From: Nostoc sp. DedSLP01 | GTDB lineage: Bacteria; Cyanobacteriota; Cyanobacteriia; Cyanobacteriales; Nostocaceae | Reading direction: 5' to 3' | DNA: 48,644 bases | Assembly (NCBI GenBank): GCA_034530875.2 | Contig: JAVRCJ020000015.1 | Location: 1 to 48,644 of the forward strand | Part shown: positions 1-11,273 of the stretch, piece after piece | Position numbering within the stretch: position 1 is the first letter of the stretch | How the letters are laid out: each line of letters starts with the position of its first letter | Program-made: the position numbers and the translations under genes | Notes under the pieces: generated by a model | What the model saw: only the letters and a program-made list of their open reading frames with translations | The model's database searches: none | Told to the model about the DNA's origin: nothing

Positions 1-1861
<1,861 letters not shown>

Positions 1862-1904
1862 GTTACAAAGCTTCTTTCATCACTGACAATCAAATACTTT
1901 ACAG

Positions 1905-1933
1905 ACTCTTGCATCAAAGCAAGAGTTTTTTTT
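1905..1933 (+). terminator. Intrinsic terminator of psbDC
   Basis: ACTCTTGC-ATCAAA-GCAAGAGT followed by a T run. Confidence 0.85.
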
Positions 1934-1993
1934 ATAGTAATTTGCAGTTGAATAAAATAGTAAGACAAGCAAAATTAATAATCTATCTAAAGA

Positions 1994-2188
1994 ATGAATA
2001 CTATGAGTGATTCAAATTTTATCGATACTTTGCGCTGGACAAATGAAGCCAAGGAAAAGTTACAAAATATTCCCTTTTTTGTGCGTCCTCAAGCGAAAGC
2101 TCGAATTGAAACCTTGGCTCGTCAAGCTCAGCAAGAGATTGTAACAGGTGATTTAGTAGAACAGGCTAGGCTTGAGTTTGGACAATAA
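1994..2188 (+). CDS. Small PCP_red-domain protein (ChlB C-terminal-like)
   Basis: [25 protein letters not shown] motif. Confidence 0.85.
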   Translation: MNTMSDSNFIDTLRWTNEAKEKLQNIPFFVRPQAKARIETLARQAQQEIVTGDLVEQARLEFGQ

Positions 2189-2349
2189 AATATTTGTAGC
2201 TAGTGATGTTAGAAGAAAAATCTTATCTTTTAAGGATAAAAAATTTAAGCAAATCAATAGTGTGTTTAGCAAATGATTTTTACTCTACTCAAATACGCTT
2301 AAACAATTAGCCCTGAACTCCAGTTCAGAGCGGATGACGAAGCCAACAG

Positions 2350-2530
2350 TTACAGCGTTTTTTATCTATTTAAACCACAATCTCCGGTAGTGGTGCAATA
2401 CAGTTCAGTTAAAGGCTAATTCTGTTGTGGGTTTTTGAGACGCGATAAATCGCCGTCTCTACAAGTGTTTTGGTCTTATCTGAACTGTATTGCCCTATAA
2501 CGTGGTCTATTTAGGTGAAAATTGCTGTAA
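2350..2530. mobile_element. Nested MITE/REP-like elements
   Basis: Outer imperfect IR 2350-2378/2502-2530 (22/29 match); inner IR GCAATACAGTTCAG at 2395-2408/2480-2493; central hairpin GAGACGCGATAAATCGCCGTCTC at 2437-2459. Confidence 0.75.
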
Positions 2531-2571
2531 GTGATTTCTATAGCAGTTCTAAATCATTTGCGAACAATAAG

Positions 2572-2600
2572 ATCCCCGACTTCTTTGAGAAGTCGGGGAT
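2572..2600. repeat. Dispersed palindrome, possible terminator between convergent genes
   Basis: ATCCCCGACTTCT-TTG-AGAAGTCGGGGAT perfect 13-bp stem. Confidence 0.7.
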
Positions 2601-2667
2601 TTGAAGCCCCTCGATTTTCACAGAGGTTAAGTTGAAACCAATGAACATTGTGCAATCATCACTCAAC

Positions 2668-4164
2668 CTACCTGACTGAAAAAGCCTCGCTGAAGCGGCG
2701 CGTCACAGGCTCAGTAATGAATGTCAAAATTGACTTTTTACGAGTGACAATTTCACCCGTACCAGCCATTCCTGGTGTAAATTCGACTTCTTGACCCCGG
2801 ATATTCACTGAGTGTTTGCTTAACTTAATTCTTGTGGGAAAAACTAAGCCTAATTCTTTATCAACGATCGCATTCGGACTAACTTGTATGACTTCGCCAT
2901 CTATAGTGCCAAATTCTTGGAAGGGGAAAGTCGCCATTTTTACTTTCGCCTTCATTCCTTGACGAACAAATCCGATATCGCGGTTGAGGATTTTTACCTC
3001 CAGAAGCATTTCTTCCCCTTCCGGCAAAATTGACAGTAATTCTTCACCTGGTTGCACTGGCCCCTTAGTGGCTTTGACACCGTAAATCGTACCACTAACC
3101 GGAGCATCGATGGTTTCCAAAGCTTGCTGCTTTCTTGCCTGCTCTAATTGACCTTGAACGGTTGTGAGTTCTTCTTTGCGCTTGTTCATTTCGGTCAAAA
3201 CTTCGCTTTGGCGTTCTGATGCGACACGCTGGGCTTGATTTTGTGCAGCTTTGTAAGCTTCTTCAGATTGGCGAATTTCTTGGGTTTGGGCGGCAATATC
3301 TTTTTCTAATGATATGACTCTATCTTGAGCCTCGACTATTTTATTCTGGGCGTTGGTAACTTCATCTTCTGACCTGGTGATTTCTGTTCTCGCACGAGTT
3401 AATCTTTCTTGGGCTTCTAAGTAATCAACTCTTGGCACAGCACCGGGGCCCATTAGTCTGCGTAGGCTTTTTTCTCTTTCTAAGGCGATCGCCAAATTAC
3501 TTTCAATGCGACTGCGGATGCTTTGGGCGTTTAAAACGTTGATTTTAGCATTGCTAAGGCTGCTTTTAGCTGCGACTAAGTTATCTTGCAATCTAGTCAA
3601 ACGCACTTTAGCTTGGTCGAGGAGTGCTAGTTGGCGATTGGCTTCAGCTTCGGCTGCGGCTTGACGCGCTTGGAAATCTTGCAAACGGGAGGTTAACAGT
3701 TCATCTTGCAGTTTTGTGCCTGCAAGTTTACCTCCAGTGCGTTCTGCATCCAAACGTTGCAAATCATCCTGAATCAATCTGGTAGATTTAGCGAGACGGG
3801 AAACGTCGGCTTTCTGCAAGTCTGGATCTTTTTGAACCAAAACTTGACCTTTAGTAACGCGATCGCCTTCTCGCACTTTTACAGCCACAATTGAGCCTCC
3901 AGCCAAGGATGTCACAGGTCTAACCTGCGTGGAAGCTATTAATTCCCCTGGTGCTGTTGCTACTTCATCAATTTGCGAAAAGTGTGCCCAGGCAATCGCC
4001 CCAAATACTATAAAACTAATCGTTCCGGCTAATAATCTTGTGTACAGAGGCGGCAATTCCTGTACTGCTTTCCCCAATTCATACGTGAGTTGTTCCTCAG
4101 GTTGGGCGAATCGCTCTTTTGTTTGACGTGCTTGAGCAGCATTTGCAGCTAGGGGAGATCTCAT
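2668..4164 (-). CDS. HlyD-family membrane fusion protein (type I secretion adaptor)
   Basis: N-terminal TM, VKVREGDRVTKGQVL motif, long coiled coil, IDAPVSG and DIGFVRQGMKAKVK..FPFQEFG. Confidence 0.92.
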   Translation of the reverse strand: MRSPLAANAAQARQTKERFAQPEEQLTYELGKAVQELPPLYTRLLAGTISFIVFGAIAWAHFSQIDEVATAPGELIASTQVRPVTSLAGGSIVAVKVREGDRVTKGQVLVQKDPDLQKADVSRLAKSTRLIQDDLQRLDAERTGGKLAGTKLQDELLTSRLQDFQARQAAAEAEANRQLALLDQAKVRLTRLQDNLVAAKSSLSNAKINVLNAQSIRSRIESNLAIALEREKSLRRLMGPGAVPRVDYLEAQERLTRARTEITRSEDEVTNAQNKIVEAQDRVISLEKDIAAQTQEIRQSEEAYKAAQNQAQRVASERQSEVLTEMNKRKEELTTVQGQLEQARKQQALETIDAPVSGTIYGVKATKGPVQPGEELLSILPEGEEMLLEVKILNRDIGFVRQGMKAKVKMATFPFQEFGTIDGEVIQVSPNAIVDKELGLVFPTRIKLSKHSVNIRGQEVEFTPGMAGTGEIVTRKKSILTFITEPVTRRFSEAFSVR

Positions 4165-4299
4165 AGAATTTTGGATTTTAGATTTTGGATTTGAGGTTAG
4201 GGAGTAGGGAATAGGGAACAGGGAATGGGGAATAGGGAATTGTTTTTTATAATTTATATCGTTTCACATTTTCCCCACTCCCTACTCCCTACTCCCCAT
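4165..4299. repeat. STRR 7-bp repeat clusters in inverted arrangement
   Basis: ATTTTGG/ATTTTAG units, GGGAATA-type units at 4200-4240, complementary CCCTACT units at 4273-4299. Confidence 0.85.
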
Positions 4300-5175
4300 T
4301 CAAACTGCTACATAGCGCCGCAAAAAATTTTCTAATGTCTCCAATTGGAAGTTAAAAATCGCTTCTAAATTGGCTATTTCATCTTTTGTACAGAAAAATT
4401 CATTTGCTAGCAATGTCCGATATGTACCTAAAGCTTTTGGGATTTGGGGATTAAATAAACCCAATGCACCTTGTAACCCATCAATAAGAAATAGTGGTGA
4501 ATTAATTATTACTGGCTCTTTGGCGAAGATCCGACCAAAAATTCGGGGAATATCTTCTCTAAATAAAATTTCCGGCCCTCCCACGGGTAGAATCTGGTTG
4601 CGAGCGCCTGCGACTGTTACAGAATCCACTACCATCTTTGCCAAATCATCAGTACTGACAATTGAGGTACGATTTTTGCGATCGCCAATCAACAAATACA
4701 ATCCTGTTTCCCGAAATCGTTCTACCAGTGGCAACAAGTTAGATGCTAATCCTGCTGGGCGTAAAATTGTGTAATTCAAACCACTAGCTTCTAAATATCG
4801 CTCTACTGCTCGTTTGGCTTTGAATACAGGGGCGTTTTCATAACCGCGATCGGCTCCTAGTACGGAAATGAAAACAAAGTGTTGTACGCCATTGGCTTTT
4901 GCTTGGTCAATCAGTTCAATATTGGCACGGTAATCTAGGGATAAAGCATCGCTATCAGAACCGTGGGCGCTGATAATATACTTCACACCTTGACTAGCTT
5001 TTTGAATATCTTTTTCCCGCTGCAAATCACCGATGAAGATTTCTGCGCCCCGGTGTTCTAATTCTCCGTAACGCGAGGTCAGACGAGCAAATGCCCTTAT
5101 AGGCTGCTCTCTTTGGCGTAGCAGCCGCACGACCCTGCGACCAATTCCTCCGGTTGCTCCAGTTACTAGAAACAT
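4300..5175 (-). CDS. Atypical SDR / NmrA-like NAD(P)-binding oxidoreductase
   Basis: MFLVTGATGGIG Rossmann motif; SGLNYTILRP; ATG at 5175 preferred. Confidence 0.9.
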   Translation of the reverse strand: MFLVTGATGGIGRRVVRLLRQREQPIRAFARLTSRYGELEHRGAEIFIGDLQREKDIQKASQGVKYIISAHGSDSDALSLDYRANIELIDQAKANGVQHFVFISVLGADRGYENAPVFKAKRAVERYLEASGLNYTILRPAGLASNLLPLVERFRETGLYLLIGDRKNRTSIVSTDDLAKMVVDSVTVAGARNQILPVGGPEILFREDIPRIFGRIFAKEPVIINSPLFLIDGLQGALGLFNPQIPKALGTYRTLLANEFFCTKDEIANLEAIFNFQLETLENFLRRYVAV

Positions 5176-5204
5176 ATAAATACCTAAATGAATAGTTACC
5201 AAGA

Positions 5205-5452
5205 AAGGCAGGAGTTAGGAGGCAGGAGGCAGGAGGTTAAGAGTATCAATTAAAACTTTAGTTCTGGGTTAAAAGCCCAGTTCAAAGTGATAATTATACT
5301 GAGACTGCTTGCAGTGTTAGCGTTCGCATAGCGTCTCGTAGAGAAGCGGCACGTTAGCGTAGCGGGGCGAAGCCCAGTGCGGTATAAAACGTCCTTGTTC
5401 AATCCCACCTTTTTAAGGGTGGGTTCCTCCTGCCTTCTGCCTTCTGCCTCCT
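5205..5452. repeat. Intergenic composite: inverted AGGCAGG/CCTTCTG STRR arms around SDR-like hairpins
   Basis: GGCAGGAGGCAGGAGG (~5220) vs CCTCCTGCCTTCTGCC (~5426); internal GCGTTCGCATAGCGTCTCGTAGAGAAGC and CCCACC-TTTTAAG..GGTGGG. Confidence 0.65.
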
Positions 5453-5754
5453 GAAAGCGTTTATAGTTCTCGAAATGCTCGGTATATGCTCAAAACTTGT
5501 TTCTCAATACTTAAACATCCAATATGAGCGTTTTTTTATACTTTCTAACCATGCTCAAGATATCCTCACGCCAACTAAAGCTAATAGGTCTTACTTTATT
5601 TATCTTAATAGTTGCTAATTTAATAAAAGCTACGAGTTTTTAAATTTTTGGTTTTATTCGGCGAACGATTTAGGCGATCGCAATATTTATCTATACTATG
5701 CAAGCAGCACACCGCCAGAACGTTACAGCGTTTGGCGGTGATGATATATTCAAA

Positions 5755-6657
5755 CTATTCAGATACTTTGTTGCTAGCTCTATTAGCACGTGCCTCAGCT
5801 GAAGCCATAACTTCATCAAAATTCTCCAAAACTTCACCAGGGAAGTTTTCCAGAACTCTGGTAGAAATTGCGACTCGTCCTTTACCTTCATCCAAGTCAA
5901 TAATTACAGCTTTAATTGGTTGACCAATTTGAAATACCTTGTCTAAAGATTCAATGAATTTTTGGCTTACCTGCTTGATATGAAGTAAAGCGCTCATTCC
6001 ATCTAAATCGACAAACACACCAAAAGGTTTGATACCAGTAACTTTCCCTTCTACTAATTGACCTAGTTCTAACAAACTGAAGTTACTAGAACGAGCTGCT
6101 ATGCGTTGGGAAAGAATCAGTTTATTGGCGCTTTTATTAATTTCTAAAAAGCCTACAGTCAGAGTTTGACCTTTGAGCGCTTCTAAATTATCGCGTTCTG
6201 CCAAGTGCGATCGCGGAATAAATCCCCGCAAAGACAGAACCTCGACCGTGACACCACCTTTATTCACACCAGTAACTTTTACTTGCACGGTCTGGGCATT
6301 TTCCTGCATTTGCGCTAATCGTTCCCAGATGTGCTGAATTTCCAACTGCTTTCTAGAAAGAGTGACTTGACCTTCGGCATCTTGATCTCGGATAATCAAA
6401 AACTCTAGTTCCTCTTGCAATGGCAGCACTTCCGATAAATCTGTCACTGCTCTCAAAGAAGCCTCATCGCGGGGCAGAAAAGCTGACGATTTGCCACCAA
6501 TATCAACATAAGCTCCATCATGGTCAAATTGGAACACTTTGCCATGTACAACCTGTCCCTTTTGAAACTGGTAGTCGTGTTTTTCTAGTGCTTTGGCAAA
6601 ATCGTCCATTGTAAACGACGAATTGGCTGTTTGAGAAAGTTTCGATTCGGAATTCAT
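5755..6657 (-). CDS. S1 RNA-binding domain protein (ribosomal protein S1 paralog)
   Basis: Three S1 repeats (GAYVDIGGKSSAFLP, LRGFIPRSHL, FGVFVDLDG..ALLHI). Confidence 0.9.
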   Translation of the reverse strand: MNSESKLSQTANSSFTMDDFAKALEKHDYQFQKGQVVHGKVFQFDHDGAYVDIGGKSSAFLPRDEASLRAVTDLSEVLPLQEELEFLIIRDQDAEGQVTLSRKQLEIQHIWERLAQMQENAQTVQVKVTGVNKGGVTVEVLSLRGFIPRSHLAERDNLEALKGQTLTVGFLEINKSANKLILSQRIAARSSNFSLLELGQLVEGKVTGIKPFGVFVDLDGMSALLHIKQVSQKFIESLDKVFQIGQPIKAVIIDLDEGKGRVAISTRVLENFPGEVLENFDEVMASAEARANRASNKVSE

Positions 6658-6729
6658 GACTTTTGAAGATTAATTTTTATTTGAGCTGATGCCACTGGAG
6701 TTTAAATTGTCATTTGTCAGTTGTCTTTT

Positions 6730-6763
6730 ACTAATGACTAATGACTAATGACTAATGACCAAT
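6730..6763. repeat. STRR (CTAATGA)x4
   Basis: Tandem CTAATGA overlapping the 3' end of the hydrolase gene. Confidence 0.85.
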
Positions 6764-7504
6764 CACCAATTGACTAAAGAGTTGTTGCACCTGCTCCCAA
6801 GCATCGGCAGCAGCTTTAGGATTATAACTGCCACGATGGTCACAGAAAAATCCGTGGTCAGCTCCATCGTAGCGGAACACACGATGAGGAATTTTATATT
6901 TTTCTAACTCTGCTTCAATCTCATCTACTTGTGCGGCTGGAATGCTAGCATCTTCTTTACCAAACAAAGCGTAGAGAGTACCTTTAATATCTCTGGTGCG
7001 GGTGAGGGTGGGAGTACCACCTCCTGGGGTGCGGGTGGTGATTCCAGCCCCGTAGAAGGAAGCCGTAGCTTTAATATCTGGTAAGGTGGCTGCAAGATAC
7101 GCGACATGACCGCCGAAGCAGAAACCAATACAGCCAAAGCCATCTTTTTGAACGTTGGGGAGAGTTTTCAGGTAGTCAATTGCTATTTGAATATCGCTTA
7201 ATAACTTTGATGCTTGAGTCTGTTCCCAAGCATATTTTCTACCAATTTGAATATCTTCTGGAGTGTAACCAGTTTCAAAGCCAGGGGCAATACGTTCAAA
7301 AAGTGCAGGTGCGATCGCTACATACCCAAGTTTGGCAATTCGTTCTGTAACTTGGCGAATGTGAATGTTGACGCCGAAAATCTCCTGCAACACCACAATT
7401 CCCGGATAAGTACCAGATTCTTTCGGTTCTGCTAGATAAGCAGACACTTGAATATTATCTTGCAAAAGTTTAACCGTTGTGGTACTTATTACTTGCTCTG
7501 TCAT
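6752..7504 (-). CDS. Dienelactone hydrolase family protein
   Basis: QEIFGVN, GFCFGG nucleophile elbow, YDGADHGF. Confidence 0.93.
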   Translation of the reverse strand: MTEQVISTTTVKLLQDNIQVSAYLAEPKESGTYPGIVVLQEIFGVNIHIRQVTERIAKLGYVAIAPALFERIAPGFETGYTPEDIQIGRKYAWEQTQASKLLSDIQIAIDYLKTLPNVQKDGFGCIGFCFGGHVAYLAATLPDIKATASFYGAGITTRTPGGGTPTLTRTRDIKGTLYALFGKEDASIPAAQVDEIEAELEKYKIPHRVFRYDGADHGFFCDHRGSYNPKAAADAWEQVQQLFSQLVIGH

Positions 7505-7769
7505 AATAATTTTTACCAGTATTATGCAATCGGCAGTGTTTTTATTTGATATAACTATGCCAGTATGTCTAGGTTATTTCCAATAAAATTATCAATTCCC
7601 ATAGCGATCGCATTGAAAATTTGTAATAAAAAAATTTCATCTGTAAATCAAATTATTGATATCAAAAAGCAGCCGATCGCCAAAGGAGTCCTGACTTACA
7701 AGTGTTAATTATTCAATATATGAAAGTAGCGCTCAGGACTCAGCAATCAGCACTCAGTTTTCAGGAGGT

Positions 7770-8759
7770 TTGGTGATGATTCAATTCCGCATTCAGCCAG
7801 ACAGCGAAATTCCCGCATCAACACAGTTGTTTAATCAAATCCGATTTGCGATCGCTTCCCGGCAATATCCACCTGGATACAAATTGCCGAGTACAAGGGC
7901 ACTGGCAATGCAAACTGGGTTACACCGCAACACCATCAGCAAAGTTTACCGTCAACTCGAAGATGATGGATTTGTAGAAAGTCTGGCTGGTTCCGGAATT
8001 TATGTGCGCGCCCAAGGTCATGAGGGCGGTAGCAGGCTACAATCACCAACTCTCAAAGAACATCCCAACGCCTATAAAACTGTCCAGCAAGCGCTGGATG
8101 ATCTACTCTCTCAAGGATGTTCTCTGAGTCAAGCTAGAGAGCTATTTTTAGCAGAGATTGACTGGCGCTTGCGTTGTAGTGCGCGAGTATTAGTTGCAGT
8201 TCCATCTCATGACATGGGCGCTGGTGAGTTGATGGTATATGAATTAGAGCGATCGCTAAAAATACCAGTACAGTTGGTAGCAATGGAAGAATTAACAGCG
8301 GTGCTAGATAAAACCACTTCTGCGACAGTAGTCACCAGTCGGTATTTTATCAATGATGTAGAAGCGATCGCTGCTCCTAAAGCTGTACGAGTGATTCCTC
8401 TAGATATCTACGATTACAGCAAAGAACTCAGCTTATTAAAAACCTTACCAAAAGAAAACTGTGTGGGTATAGTTAGCCTTAGTTCGGGAATTGCCCGCGC
8501 CGCCGAAGTCATCCTCCACGGTTTGCGCGGAGATGAACTGCTGGTGATGACTTCCCAACCAAAAGATGCTTATAAACTGCAAGCAATGGTTAAGCGGGCT
8601 GAGGTAATTATTAGCGACTTAGCCAGTTTTCCGGCAGTGCAAGCAGCAGTACACGCAGCGGATGAAGATATTATTCGTCCGCCAAAGCTGATTAAAGTTG
8701 AAAATTATATCGGTGCTAACTCGATTAACTTGCTCAAACGAGAACTCGGTTTGAGTTAA
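7770..8759 (+). CDS. plmA: GntR-family regulator, cyanobacterial PlmA subfamily
   Basis: IQFRIQPDSEIPASTQLFNQI..KLPSTRALAMQTGLHRNTISKVY HTH; divergent from dienelactone hydrolase. Confidence 0.88.
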   Translation: MVMIQFRIQPDSEIPASTQLFNQIRFAIASRQYPPGYKLPSTRALAMQTGLHRNTISKVYRQLEDDGFVESLAGSGIYVRAQGHEGGSRLQSPTLKEHPNAYKTVQQALDDLLSQGCSLSQARELFLAEIDWRLRCSARVLVAVPSHDMGAGELMVYELERSLKIPVQLVAMEELTAVLDKTTSATVVTSRYFINDVEAIAAPKAVRVIPLDIYDYSKELSLLKTLPKENCVGIVSLSSGIARAAEVILHGLRGDELLVMTSQPKDAYKLQAMVKRAEVIISDLASFPAVQAAVHAADEDIIRPPKLIKVENYIGANSINLLKRELGLS

Positions 8760-8841
8760 TCTCAAAATAATCCGACGAACATCTTTAACAGTGCCCGCCC
8801 GTGGGGTAACACATGTGATGAATCAAACAATTACTTTCTTT

Positions 8842-8875
8842 CCCCACTCCCTATTCCCCACTCCCCACTCCCCAT
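8842..8875. repeat. STRR (CCCCACT-type)
   Basis: CCCCACTCCCTATTCCCCACTCCCCACTCCCCAT. Confidence 0.85.
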
Positions 8876-8897
8876 ACTTCTTCACAGGAGGAATGCG

Positions 8898-10097
8898 GTG
8901 GCACAGATTGTAATTGTGGGTGCAGGCCCAACAGGTGCAACACTTGCCCTGCTCCTGGTAAAACGTGGTATTACTGTCACGTTAATTGAAGCAGCAAAAG
9001 ACTTCCACCGCGTATTTCGCGGCGAAGGATTAATGCCCAGTGGCTTAGATGCCCTAGAGCAAATGGGTCTATTGACGTTGTTAGAGCAAATTCCCCACCG
9101 ACAACTCGACGCATGGGAATTTGTTATTGGAGATAAACAATTGTTTCGAGTTGACGAACCAATGGGGTCAAGCCGACCTTGTACGTTGGTTTCACAACCG
9201 CCACTGCTCAAAGCACTGATTTCACAAGCTCAAACCAATGATGGGTTTGAATTTATCCAAGGCGTTACTGTCAAAGATTTACTCTGGAATAATCAACGCG
9301 TTGCAGGTGTAGTACTCAGCGATGGCAGAGAATTTACTGCTGACCTGGTAATTGGCACAGATGGTCGAAATTCTGTTGTGCGACAACGTATAGGATTGGA
9401 ACTGGTACGCCAGCCCAAAAATATTGACATTCTTTGGTTTAAACTCGCTGCTAGTCCGGAATTTGCGGCTGATAATGTGTTTCGTACAATTTTAAATGGC
9501 GATCGCGCATTTACCATTTTTCATGGAGCAGAATCAGGAAAACTGCATTTAGCTTGGATAATGTCCGCCAACGAAAACGCTGACTCCAAGCAAACCAATT
9601 GGGCAGAGATTTTTGCATCGCTATCACCCTCATGGCTAGCAGAGCATTTTCGTAATTATGCAGATACTATCGAATCTCCGATTCGGCTTTCTGTTGTGGT
9701 CGGTTATTGTCCAAAATGGCACGCACCAGGAGTACTGCTTTTAGGCGACGCTGCACACCCAATGTCTCCCGTGCGTGCCCAAGGAATTAATTTAGCATTG
9801 CGTGATGTCATTGTTGCCGTTAACCATCTTGTGCCGCTGTTCCATAAAAAAGCTCGGTACGAAGAGATCGATATGGCATTAGAGCAAATTCAAGCCGAAC
9901 GCCAGCCAGAAATTATCCGCGCCCAGAAACTCCAATTACAGGAAGCTAAACAAGGCGAACTACTGCGACAAAATTCACTGCTGCGATCGCTGTTGATTCA
10001 ACTTGCTCCCTTCCTCGGTAAAATAATTCAAAAGTCTTGGTTAAAACGCCAATATGAAATGCGTCAAGGCATAACACAAGTAAACTTAAATGTCTAA
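8898..10097 (+). CDS. FAD-dependent monooxygenase
   Basis: GAGPTG, ADLVIGTDGRNS, LLGDAAHPMSPVRAQGINLALRD motifs. Confidence 0.92.
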   Translation: MAQIVIVGAGPTGATLALLLVKRGITVTLIEAAKDFHRVFRGEGLMPSGLDALEQMGLLTLLEQIPHRQLDAWEFVIGDKQLFRVDEPMGSSRPCTLVSQPPLLKALISQAQTNDGFEFIQGVTVKDLLWNNQRVAGVVLSDGREFTADLVIGTDGRNSVVRQRIGLELVRQPKNIDILWFKLAASPEFAADNVFRTILNGDRAFTIFHGAESGKLHLAWIMSANENADSKQTNWAEIFASLSPSWLAEHFRNYADTIESPIRLSVVVGYCPKWHAPGVLLLGDAAHPMSPVRAQGINLALRDVIVAVNHLVPLFHKKARYEEIDMALEQIQAERQPEIIRAQKLQLQEAKQGELLRQNSLLRSLLIQLAPFLGKIIQKSWLKRQYEMRQGITQVNLNV

Positions 10098-10292
10098 AAA
10101 ACCTTCATCACAAAAGAATTCAGGAGTCAGGAGTTCTAATTGAATTGGGTATTTGGCATTGCAGAAACTGAATCGAAGTGCTTGGATTGGTGAAATGCCG
10201 TGGCAATCAATTCTTCTTGGGCAGACCTTCGCCATTTACTATTTTTGTCTGTCAAATATTTTTTCTACTATGAATACCAAGCAATCTATTTC

Positions 10293-11213
10293 TTACTCTT
10301 GAGATTCAACCTTTTCGATAAATTTCTCAATTGCTTGTAAATATGAGTTGCTTCCAGGCTGATAAATTCGGAAATGTTCTGCTTTTGGAACGAATAAAAT
10401 TTGTTTAGGTTCAGGGGCATCATTGTATAGCTGTTGACTCATGTAAGATGGCACAACACTATCAGCAGTTCCATGAATAAATAAGACAGGAAGACGTAAA
10501 AAACGAACTTTAGCAATAGAATCAAACTTTTGTGTTAGTAGTAAATCCACAGGAAACATCCATAACCAATTTCTCTGTTTAATTTCTTCAGCCATTGATG
10601 TAAAAGAACTTTGCACAATTAATCCATTAGCTTCTGGATGTTTGACTGCCAAATTTATAGCAACTGCTCCTCCAAGTGATTCACCATAAATGACAATTTG
10701 TTCCGGGAGAATTTTTCGTGTTTTGACTAAATAATCCCAGGCAATTTGACTATCTTGATAAAGCTGAGACTCGCTAGGAAAACTGCCCTTACTACTACCA
10801 AAACCTCGATAGTCAATTACCAGTACAGAAAACCCTAACTGTCGCATTACTTGAAGTCTGGCTACATGATTGTAATAACTCTTGTTCCCAGCAGCACCGC
10901 AAAAGTATAAAAAGACTTTAAGCGATTTGAGAATTCTGACAGGTTCATTTAAAATTACAGTAAGTTTCTCTTTTGGTAATGGTGCTGGAATCCACCAGCC
11001 ATGTATATATTCACTAGAATTATTAATAGCTAAACGCACATCTTCGTAAGGAAGAAGAAAGTCGGACGAACTGGGTAACGTTAAGATTTGTGGGGTAGGT
11101 CGAAAGATTAAATAACGCTGCCGAGAAAACAAAAATAGACAAATTGAAATGTAGGCGATCGCCATTAATCCTATACTTCTTAGCAGCAGTTGGCGAAGAT
11201 TAAAATCTAGCAT
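10293..11213 (-). CDS. Membrane-anchored alpha/beta hydrolase
   Basis: N-terminal TM, DYRGFGSS, YGESLGG, IHGTADSVVP. Confidence 0.9.
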   Translation of the reverse strand: MLDFNLRQLLLRSIGLMAIAYISICLFLFSRQRYLIFRPTPQILTLPSSSDFLLPYEDVRLAINNSSEYIHGWWIPAPLPKEKLTVILNEPVRILKSLKVFLYFCGAAGNKSYYNHVARLQVMRQLGFSVLVIDYRGFGSSKGSFPSESQLYQDSQIAWDYLVKTRKILPEQIVIYGESLGGAVAINLAVKHPEANGLIVQSSFTSMAEEIKQRNWLWMFPVDLLLTQKFDSIAKVRFLRLPVLFIHGTADSVVPSYMSQQLYNDAPEPKQILFVPKAEHFRIYQPGSNSYLQAIEKFIEKVESQE

Positions 11214-11273
11214 ATTTTCTAGTTATTTTCTAACATTCCCAAAAGAGCGACCGCCATTTTATTTAACTTATTA

